A stretch of DNA of 64,000 nucleotides from Octopus vulgaris (taxonomy: Eukaryota): contig OX597820.1 in the NCBI GenBank assembly GCA_951406725.2, positions 98,022,001-98,086,000 on the forward strand, written 5' to 3'. Below are positions 54,237 to 64,000 of this stretch, piece after piece. The notes under the pieces were generated by a model, which was not told the DNA's origin, did not search any database, and saw nothing but the letters and a program-made list of their open reading frames with translations. A program made the position numbers and the translations under genes. Numbering within the stretch: the stretch's first letter is position 1; each line of letters starts with the position of its first letter.

Positions 54237-55369
54237 CTAGCAGAGATACCCGGCGTTGCCCGTGTTACATACAATTGAAGAATTAGACTTTTCTGTTATA
54301 TTTTCTCTAATGAACTGGAATATCTATGTTTCGAATTTCATCAAACTTGCAAATGAGGGTTATTTCCCTCTTTACACACCCAAACAAAATTGTAATCGTG
54401 CCACATATATCCCACATTACTGATTTTTATGCGCATATTCCAAAATTCCAGTTTTATTGAACCTGTTAAAAGGATTTTGCCCCTGAAAAATGAAGGTCAT
54501 AGAGCTCTAAAATGTGAGAGTTAAGGCCCCTGTTGGGGGTGGGCATCTTGATGTCAACTAGAGAAGTTGAATTGTTGAGAATCTTTTTTACTTGGGTCTT
54601 ATATCTATTGTTTGAATTTCTTTGAAATAGGAAATATATGTTCACTGGGTTTGTAAAGAGAGCAAAGCTACAGGAAACCAAAAGACGAATGATCACAATA
54701 AGCAGTCAGTTACCCTACCCTAGTCGTTACCACTCCCAATGTAGGATTCCTCACCATCCAGGTGACAGGCACAGCCGTAAGATGCATTACGAATCTATAG
54801 CGATTGAAAGGGCGTGACCCAACTGAAAAAAAACATCAACAACTGTGAGGGCTAACAACGTGAGGGCTAAGGAGAAATGAAAGTTGGAGTTTGCAAATGA
54901 CCACTATAAGGATATTAACTGGACAGAATAAATTTTCAATCTATAAATGTCTTTGAATAACCAGTCACTCATCTGGGAAGGCCTTGAAATCAATGTTACC
55001 ATGTGGGGACTATGTGTGACCGAGTGATAATAAAAAGACTGAAAGGAGATCTGCAATCAAATAACTTTACTCAACACTTTGCAACTGAATCAGTGGAGGC
55101 AAAGATGCCTCTCATTTACTTGACAACTTATGCAGCACATTGCAGAAATTACAATGTAAGAGTATGTCAAAGCAAACTGTTACATAGTTGTACCATTGAA
55201 TTAGAAATAATGCTCAACTTTTATGCTCGGGTAACCTTACAGTTTCCAAGAGCACAACTGTATTCGTTTTTGCTTTGATAAAATGACAAAATTGTGGATG
55301 TTAAGTCCCCATGGAGGGGTCTTTCTAACTTGTAAGAAGACGAAATTTTATAAATATTACTTCATTTGT
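54237..55369 (-). mobile_element. Non-autonomous Helitron, 5'-truncated copy of 28184-29861
   Basis: A|CTAGCAGAGATACCCGGCGTTGCCCG terminus. The reverse complement is colinear with 28741-29861, and homologous ORFs appear in the track. Confidence 0.85.
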
Positions 55370-55719
55370 GTCCTTCCGATGTAGAAGTTTTAGATTTCTA
55401 AAATAGCAAAGTTTTGCGAAAGTAATCAACAAATACCAAAGGCAAATATTAATTCGAGGTAGGCTGCATCTTGAAGAACACTGCTTTGCTAGTGCTTAAG
55501 TTTATGGAAGATATTCATGGGCTGAAAGCCTGTATAATCTTTACATTTCTCCTAAGTTGGTAAAATCAAAGTATTGCGAATCTTGACCCGTTGATTTGAC
55601 AATGTTCAGAATTCCAAATGATACGATGAATACTGATCTAATGTAATATTAACTGAGAATCATTGCGACATAAAGTTGTTGATGTCTCTTAGTCTGAGGA
55701 AGAGAGTTCTGCTGAATAA

Positions 55720-55964
55720 ACCTGGGTAAGCATTTTGTTTATAGTGATCAAATGTATGCGCTGTACATTAGCTAACTACTTTCAACAAATCGACGTTATC
55801 TGAATATGTGCCCGGTGTACCACATGTCAAGTGTGGAAGTGATCACGGAGCAATGTGAGAAGAAGTGTTTTGCTCAAGAACACAACGTACCTCCCGTTCC
55901 AGGAATTGAAATTACGATCTCGCGATCGTGAGTGCAACACCTTAACCACTAGGCCATGTGCCCT
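55720..55964 (-). mobile_element. tRNA-derived SINE with CORE-like motif (family 4)
   Basis: Minus strand TGGCCTAGTGGTTAAGG (A box), TTTCAATTCC (B-box-like) and TTGTGTTCTTGAGCAAAACAC. Confidence 0.7.
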
Positions 55965-56453
55965 CTCGTGACATAATATATTCTATCAAAGGTGCGGAAT
56001 AAAGAAGGTGAGGATTTTAAATGGAGTCACGAATTAAGTCAACCATGTAACAGGCTTCGACACAATTCCTGTGTTGGAAATTTCACTCAGAAATGAGTTC
56101 AAGCCACGGGCTTCGAGACAGCCTACGGTATTTCACTCGAAAAGTCTTTAGTAGATGCAAGCCTATAGTAGAAGACATCTGCTGACTGTGCCTCACAGCG
56201 GTCTCCATCGCAATATCAGGCATTTGTGAAACGAACAGTCAATAAGTGACGGATTTTATTTCCCCTTTTTTTTTTCATTTCAAGGAAAGATTCCAGTCGA
56301 TCAGAGTCTGATTTGACAGAGGTGTTTATTTCATTTACTATGTCTTACTTGTATATAAAATAGCATACATGGTGTATGTATATAATCAGACAGTCTGATA
56401 GGCAATCATATACATATAGACAAGTAAACAAGTAGACGAACGCGCTCGCGCAA

Positions 56454-56524
<71 letters not shown>

Positions 56525-57084
56525 GCAGAAGCAGCGTATATAATGCTTTTATGATGTATTTTTTCTCGTTTGCAGATAATTACTGCTTATTCATATTTTA
56601 ATTATTACATATATTTTCATTGTATGTTGCTCTACTTTTCTTACGTCATTCTACAGCTTTCCTTCCATTGTTCTTACTTCCAACTAGTTTCACCGAACCA
56701 AATATTACTTCATATGCTGTATGATGGTGTAATTAGAGAAACTAGTGTTTACCGATTGCGACCATGCGTCTTTACTTTATCACATACCTGTATATCACAT
56801 CATTAAACAGAGTAAAAAAAAGTATCAGCTGTCAAAGGAGAAAAGAGAGAATCGGAAGATTTGGAAAGCGATACATAAAAGTGCATTAAATAAGAGAATA
56901 TTACATAATATATAAAGTGTAATTTATAACATTTGATTTTATCAAACTATAAACAAAAGTGCAGTAAACACACACACATTAATGCGTTTGTCTTTATGTG
57001 GAGTTATATTAAAATCAATTTTACATTAAATTAAAGGATTAATTAGTAATTTTGGGAGAGTACATATTTATACCTTTACAAGAA

Positions 57085-57142
57085 GAGTGCTGACAGTGAC
57101 TTCACTGTTTCGGACTGCAAGACTTCATCGGACTGAAAACTC
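57085..57142 (-). ncRNA. Degenerate hammerhead-like motif
   Basis: Minus strand CCGAUGA-AGUCU ugc AGUCC-GAA-ACAGUGA ag UCACUGU-C. Helix III (7 bp) and GUC are intact, but there is a U4C change, an imperfect helix II and a poor helix I. Confidence 0.45.
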
Positions 57143-57199
57143 ACATTCGAATACACACACACGCACACGCACACACACATATATATACATACATACATG

Positions 57200-57225
<26 letters not shown>

Positions 57226-57230
<5 letters not shown>

Positions 57231-57840
57231 CAAAATAGGACAAGAACGCATAACATCCGGACAACTAGGTGATACAAAAAGGGACAACAAAATATCCAGA
57301 TAGACGATACAAAGAAAATAAGGACGGGTCATTCGAAGTTTTCTATCTTCAGTCAAGAACCAGATTATCCTCGCATTTTCGGCTGATTATTCTTGAGACT
57401 GCTCCAATCTGGCCAGCCCCAAGGAAAATCTAAGCTAAGAGCATTAGATTCCTTGGAAGAGAGCATCGTATGTATACAAAAACAAGGACGGAAAAAACGG
57501 ACAATGTTACATAAATATAAATATAATAAAAAAATACAATAAAAATAATAACAGGACATAACAACAGGTGTCTTTCGACTAAGGACGAATTGAATTAAGC
57601 TGGCGCGTGTGGAAATGAAGCCTTGCGGCAGAGATACAATAGTTTCACAAACACAGGGAAGAATATTGATGTTTCACGGACCATGGTTAGACCTAGAAAG
57701 AAAGATCGAGTAGTCTGGCCGATCGTTGACGTGGGAAGAGAAGAGAGAGAAGTCGAAGCAGAGGGACAGAAGTATTAAGGAGGGGCGAGAAAAATGACAG
57801 AAGAATTAGGGAGGGGCGAGAAAAAATCTTTGAACGGGAA
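57226..57840 (-). mobile_element. Family C non-coding element
   Basis: Colinear with 43960-44586; begins at the edge of a (TA)n tract. Confidence 0.7.
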
Positions 57841-57860
57841 ACATTCAGTAACAGCATTCT

Positions 57861-58017
57861 AGAGTAAAGATTATTTGCCAATATAATGTGGCAGACCTGA
57901 TTAGGACGAATGTTACTGTTATTTAGCCCTAGGAAACGATGTTCTCTGGGGTTAAATAACAATAACATTTGTGCTAATCAGGACTGCCACATTATGCTGC
58001 CAAATAATCTTTACTCT
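57861..58017. repeat. Long inverted repeat (69-bp arms, 19-nt spacer)
   Basis: 57861-57929 versus 57949-58017, 8 mismatches. Confidence 0.9.
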
Positions 58018-58042
58018 CTCTCCCTCCCCCTCTCTCTTTCTC

Positions 58043-58091
<49 letters not shown>

Positions 58092-58094
58092 GAC

Positions 58095-58350
58095 ATGACC
58101 TCGCTTACCCACCCTCCCTGTTCGCCTGATGTTGCTCCATGCGATTTTTTTCAGTTCTCCCGAATGAAAAAAGGCCTTAAAGGAAAAGGTTTTCCGGATG
58201 TGGAAGGTGTGAAGAAAAAACGACGAAGGCGTGAAAACGTATCACCGATGCATTGCTTCAAATGGAGAATATTTTTAAGGCGGTAAAAGTGTACAACTAA
58301 GAGTATAAAATAACAGTGCAAAATTCCCGTTTCTTTTGGATACCCCGCAT
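58095..58350 (+). pseudogene. Mariner transposase 3' fragment with right-end remnant
   Basis: HPPCSPDVAPCDFF.F..MKK.LKGK.F motif. Confidence 0.75.
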
Positions 58351-58697
58351 AAGTAAGTCGTACAATTTGTTCCAGTTATAATAATTATACACTACATCAT
58401 ACACTGGTTTCAAATTTTGCTCCTGAGCCAGTAATTTTGGGGTAGGGGATAAGTCGATAAAATCGACTCAAGTGTTCAGCTTGTACTTATTTTAGCGAGC
58501 CTGGAACGGGGAATGGCAAAAGTCAATGCCGGCGGAATTTAGACTCAGTACGTAAACCTTGCACTATATATCATTATATATTGATTTACTCTTTCTCTCA
58601 CTCCCATCGATCAAATAACTTGAATAGATATATGCATTAATATTTTATGCCTATAAGGAAGTTTATATGTGTGCATGTGTGTCCAAGGATATTCGGA

Positions 58698-58780
<83 letters not shown>

Positions 58781-58812
58781 GTATATACATACATATAATA
58801 TACACCGCAATA

Positions 58813-59056
58813 ATATATGTATAAAAAATATATATAAAAATACAAAATGGGACCAGAACGCAAAACATTCAAATACACGACACAAAAAACGGACGGGTCA
58901 TTCGAAGCCTCTAATCTTCAGTCAAGAATCGGATCATCCTCGCAATTTCGGCTGATTAGAGGCTTCGAATGACCCGTCCGTTTTTTGTGTCGTCTATTTG
59001 AATGTTTTGCGTTCTTGTCCCATTTAGTATTTTTACATATGTTTTTATACATATAT
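58813..59056. repeat. Fold-back of the family C terminus (~104-bp arms, 37-nt loop)
   Basis: 58813-58916 versus 58954-59056, inverted. The sequence is homologous to 57226-57390. Confidence 0.9.
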
Positions 59057-59058
59057 AA

Positions 59059-59353
59059 GGAGGCGCAATGGCCCAGTGGTTATGGCAATGGCCTTGCGGT
59101 CGGAGGGTCGCGGTTTCGATTCCCAGACCGCGTGTTGTGCGTGTTTATTGAGTGAAAACACCTAAAGGCCCCACGAGGCTCCGGCAGGGGTGTTGGCGAC
59201 CCCTGTTGTATTCTTTCGCCACAACTTTCTCTCACTCTCTCTTCCTGTTTCTTGAGTAACGCTGCGATGGACTGGCGTCCCGTCCAGCTTGGGGGAACAC
59301 ATACGCCACAGAAACCGGGAAACCGGCCCCATGAACCTGGCTAGGCTTGAAAA
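59059..59353 (+). mobile_element. tRNA-derived SINE, family 3 head with alternative tail
   Basis: TGGCCCAGTGG A box and GGTTTCGATTCCC B box. Body as 47641-47780; tail GCGATGGACTGGCGTCCCGTCCAG..AGAAACCGGGAAAC. Confidence 0.85.
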
Positions 59354-59404
59354 TTATATATTTTGTATACATACATACATCCTTCCATATACATATACAT
59401 ACAA

Positions 59405-59437
<33 letters not shown>

Positions 59438-59865
59438 CATACATACTCACAATCATTCAGATACACGCACATACATACACACGCACACACGCATGACATT
59501 AAATGCTTATAAATTGTAATTTTGAGACCAGTGAGTTTTTCAAAGTGAAATTTAATTTCCAGTTTTTATTATACGAATATCCATGCACTAAACCAAGTAA
59601 TATTTGTACATATGTGTGTGAATATGTATGTGTATGACCGTCAATGAATGTATGCGTATCTTAAATAAATATATATATATTTCTATCTTTTTTTTTTTTG
59701 ATGGTTAAAAGTTTTTCATTGGATTTTACTTTTCAGATTCAAGTTTATGTTATTTTAATGTAATAAAAAACGACATTGAATTAAAATATAAACAACGGAA
59801 TATCCTTCCTTTCTGCCTATCAATATGCTTTCATGTATATATATATATATATATATACATATACA

Positions 59866-59944
<79 letters not shown>

Positions 59945-60241
59945 ATATATGTATACATACATATATACACACATAGACATATATATGTATATATATACAT
60001 ATATATATGTGTGTCTGTGTGTTTGTGTGTGTGTATATGTGTGTATATAAATATACACAGACATAGATAGATATTTATTCGTATATACATATTCATATAT
60101 ACATACATACACGCATGCACATACATCCACACACACACACACACACACAGACATACACACACACAAGGACTTATCTTATACTTTATGTTTATCTCTTAGC
60201 GAGATGCAAAACTAAGAGCACAGAATTTAACTCACACACAC

Positions 60242-60273
<32 letters not shown>

Positions 60274-60344
60274 TTGTGTGCATGTGTGTGTATGTCTGTA
60301 GTCATGCTTGCGCGTTCATTTGTATATACGTATATATATATATC

Positions 60345-60380
<36 letters not shown>

Positions 60381-60827
60381 TATATAGATATGTATATGTC
60401 CATATACATTTACGCTCACACACACACACAATTACAAACAAATACAAATCATAAGGAAAACATTGTCATCCTGAGGAATATGGCGTTTAGAATGTCAGGA
60501 GGAGAGATGGCAATGCATATGTTCTTTAACATCGAACCCCTCCACACATACAGACAGGAAATGAAAACTGTAGATTGGAGCGGATGCATCTGTGGATGTG
60601 TTGAATGACCCGGGCCTCGAAGTATCTTCGTAGCCAACGCATTCGTCTTTCCCCGTGATCATCGTAATCGTCTGCTTCCTCAGCGGTTCGTCGTCACCAT
60701 TGTAGTTTTCGTCATCGTTTACATCGTCGCCGTCTTCTCGTCGCTTCTCTGTGTCCTTCTCCGTCTCCTATTTCTCCTCCTCGGCATCACGACGACGTAT
60801 TGGCATCATAGTTTTCTTTATTATCAA

Positions 60828-61218
60828 CTAGCAGTATCGCCCGGCGTTACTCGGGTTTGTAAGGGAAATAACTATAAAGCATTTTTAGAGAGTTATAGCC
60901 AAAAAATAGCAAAAAAAATGCATTAAAAATGGAAAAAATATGATGGTAAATTTTTTTTTAAATCGTTGACTCATCGTAGACATTTTTAGAGAGTTACTTC
61001 CCTTTAAAAAAATATGCATCAAAATGGAAAAAAATGATGGTAAATTATTTTTTAAATCGTAGACTCATCGTAGACGCGTGCTAATACCCAGAAGGGCTTG
61101 ATATGAATCACGACTATAAGATACCCGGTTTTGGTTAAACTGCACCGCAAAATGTGGGAGTAGTTAGGAATCTAAATCGGAGTAGACATACACACAACCT
61201 TACTTTTATATATAAAGA
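60828..61218 (-). mobile_element. Complete 391-bp non-autonomous Helitron
   Basis: Minus strand A|TCTTTATATATAAAA ... CCCGAGTAACGCCGGG..CTAG|T. No TSD; contains an internal duplicated ~100-bp block. Confidence 0.88.
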
Positions 61219-62224
61219 TATATCGTCATTTGTGGCCATTATCATCACCGTCGCTGCCGCCGCCGCCGCCGCCGTCGTCTTCTTCGTCGTCATCCCCATC
61301 ATTATCAATGGCATTATCTCTAACATGATGATGACGACAATGATGATGATGATGATGATGTGGAGGAGACGGAAGAGAACCATCATCATCCCAAACACAT
61401 TGTGACACTCTTCGTGTGACAGTATCTTTTATATTTTATATTTTACTTGATTCACTCATTTGACCGCAGCCATGCTGGGGCACCGACTTCAAGGGTTTTA
61501 GTCAAACAAATTGACTCCAGGAATTTTTTAGGCCTAGTACTTATTGTATCGGCGTCTTTTGCCAAAACACTGAGTGACAGGGACGTAAACATGCAAACAG
61601 CGCTTGACATGCGGTGGTGGGTGACAAACACAGACACATAGGCACACTCATATTGATATACAGGACTGGCCAAGAGCCAACCGACAGTAAATCAAAACCA
61701 TTTACTTCCAAGACTTATCTATGTTTGACAATTGAATGAATTCAATAAAAACATCTGAATATGAAACATCATGAAAATTGTTCAAACTGAAGTCCTTCTT
61801 GAGCGACACATTTTTCCATTCGAGTCAAGACAGAATTCCTGATAGTATTTACGGAATTTTGAATTACTGCGATAGTATGAAACTAATGTGGCCTGTTTAA
61901 GACTTCCCATTGATTTGTCCTCCTGGTATTCGGTCATTTGCCAACATTTAACACAGTTTCTTTTATTTACTAACGAAATCAAAAACACTGCAGCATTTAG
62001 GTTAGTTTATCTTGGTTCATATTTCAAAACTCAGCGCAGTCCTTCATTCTATTTATTCACTCCATGCACCTATTTGGAACTCAGAAGATATCGATGTTGT
62101 TATTGTTGCACTTATTATTTAGCCAAGATCAAATATGCTAGATCAGAACTACAATCTAAAGGTAGTCATCAGATGATCACCCCATCCTTACAGTCATAAT
62201 TTATTTAATAATTAAATAATATGG

Positions 62225-62440
62225 AAGGCGGCAAGCTGTCAGATTCGGTAGCACGCCGGCCAAAGTTCTGAGCAACATTTTGTCTATCTTCACATTCTAA
62301 GTTCAAATTCCAGCGAGGCTGACTTTGCCTATCACCCTTTCCTGGTCGATAAAATAAACACCAGTTGAGCACTGGGATCTATGTAATGGACTAAGCCTCT
62401 CTCCATAAAATTGTTGGCCTTTGTTCCAAAATTTGAAACC
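62225..62440 (+). mobile_element. SINE family 2, tail variant C (followed by further decayed cores at ~62500-62740)
   Basis: AAGGCGGCAAGCTG head, family core and a CCAAAATTTGAAA tail. Confidence 0.75.
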
Positions 62441-62971
62441 AATTTAGTAATATATGGCGGTGGATTAAGAGATGTTTTAGAGTCTTCGATCAAATACATT
62501 CTGGTATTTCTTCTGAAATTTTACGCTCAGAGTTCACATCCTTTGTAGGTGAACTTCACTTTTCATTGCTCCAGGTTCGATAAAATACAGTACCAGCCTA
62601 CAGCGAGAGTCTTATAGTGTTGGACAAAATGACTTTCGGTATTTGTTCTCTTTCGGCTCTGGATTCGCGTCCCACCGAAGTTAACTTTGCTTTTCCTCAT
62701 TCGCGGGTTAATAAAAAAAGAGTACCAGTCCAGGACGAGAACTGGAAGATTTGTTAGTGCTGCACTAAATGTCTTTCAGTATTTGTCTCGGAACTTTCCA
62801 TTCTGTGGTTAGCTGCGACGACTTTGTGTACCGAGCTGTATCCGCTTCTGCCATTCACTTGGACAACATTGGTATTGAAGAGAAGGGCTGAAATTTGCAG
62901 CATGAGTAAAAATAATTGCCGAAGCCGATGTTCAAGGGACACTGTAAACACTATGCTCCAAACAATATAAA

Positions 62972-63372
62972 AGGCGGCGAGCTGGCTGAAACGCTAGCAC
63001 GCCGGGCGAAATGCTTAGCGGTATTTAGTCTGCCGCTACGTTCTGAGTTCAAATTCCGCCGATGTCGACTTTGCCTTTCATCCTTTCGGGGTCGATTAAA
63101 TAAGTACCAGGTACGCACTGGGGTCGATATAATCGACTTAGTCCGTTTGTCTCTCTTTGTTTGTCCTTTCTGTGTTTAGCCACTTGTGGGTAGTAAAGAA
63201 ATAGGTATTTTGTCTGCCGCTACGTTCTGAGTTCAAATTTTGCCTTTCATCCTATCCGGGTCGATTAAATAAGTACCAGATACGTACTGGGGTCGATGCA
63301 ATCGACTTAATCCATTTGTCTGTCCTTGTTTGTCCCCTCTATGTTTAACCCCTTGTGGGCAATAAAGGAATA
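62972..63372 (+). mobile_element. Dimeric SINE family 2 (tail A + tail A)
   Basis: Two cores joined at AAAGAAATAGGTATTTTGTCTGCC. Confidence 0.88.
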
Positions 63373-63459
63373 AATATTTTAGTTATATACTTTTTCTAAG
63401 CACGCACAAACGCACGTTGGAGAAAAAAGGATCAAGCATCTTCTCATATAGACACATAA

Positions 63460-63637
63460 GGTCGCTTTCCCGATTTTATTGCCGTATATAGTCCCACTGG
63501 ACGAGCCGGCGGTCCGTCTAAGGGTTACTCATTTTTGACAACTGAGTGGACTTGAGCAATGTAAGATGAAGCGTTTTGCACAAGAATACAACGCATAGCA
63601 TTGTCTAGTAATCGAAACCACAGTCAGACGATCATGA
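63460..63637 (-). mobile_element. Degraded family 4 (CORE-like) SINE
   Basis: Minus strand GGTTTCGATT, GCGTTGTATTCTTGTGCAAAAC and TCCACTCAGTTG..AAAATGAGT. Confidence 0.55.
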
Positions 63638-63849
63638 TAAGGAATTATTTTGAGATTATATACACTTTACATTCTAAATGAGTTTTAGCTCAAAAATCAG
63701 TATAAAATACTTCGTAAATTAAGTATGATTTTTACTGCTGATTCACAGAGGAAAAAATTATAAACTGATGGTAATTAATTATGAAAAGGGATATTAATAC
63801 GATTACAGTATTCTATTACCTAATTTTTTCAAGAGTTATATGTATGTGA

Positions 63850-63886
<37 letters not shown>

Positions 63887-63887
63887 A

Positions 63888-63929
<42 letters not shown>

Positions 63930-64000
63930 TATATATTCATGTATGTATACACATACGCAGAGACATTTATTAATAGAATCTACATAACGTCTCTGTTTGT

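Noticed and set aside
56681-56747. Inverted ACTAGTTTC / GAAACTAGT pair
   Set aside because: Only 9 bp, with no CUGANGA core on either strand; may be chance.
61782-62951. Non-repetitive short ORFs (61782-61988, 61888-62199, 62754-62951) as host exons
   Set aside because: No recognisable domain or convincing splice-site pair.

Overview
AT-rich animal DNA, very dense in microsatellites, with no host gene, rRNA, intact tRNA or CRISPR array that I can recognise. Most entries in the ORF track are translations of simple repeats. The SINE families and repeat density resemble octopus (coleoid cephalopod) intronic or intergenic DNA; this is recollection, not a database result. The window is a patchwork of transposon remnants: (1) at least four tRNA-derived SINE families in many copies; (2) decayed LINEs, including CR1-type endonuclease and RT, an RTE 3' end, three Dong/R4-type RLE fragments stacked in TAA repeats, and Penelope-like RT and GIY-YIG relics; (3) a full-length but broken mariner, Tc1/maT remnants and MITEs; (4) several non-autonomous Helitrons. 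The most interesting signal is not in the ORF track. A set of short non-coding elements, mostly sitting in (TA)n tracts, carries minimal type I hammerhead ribozyme motifs, each family with its own palindromic helix III. The best is a canonical-core hammerhead at 45295-45376. It lies inside a 533-nt terminally redundant unit with an inverted tail (44886-45529), a Penelope-terminal-repeat / retrozyme-like architecture. All alignments and folds were done by eye, and the boundaries of degraded elements are approximate.
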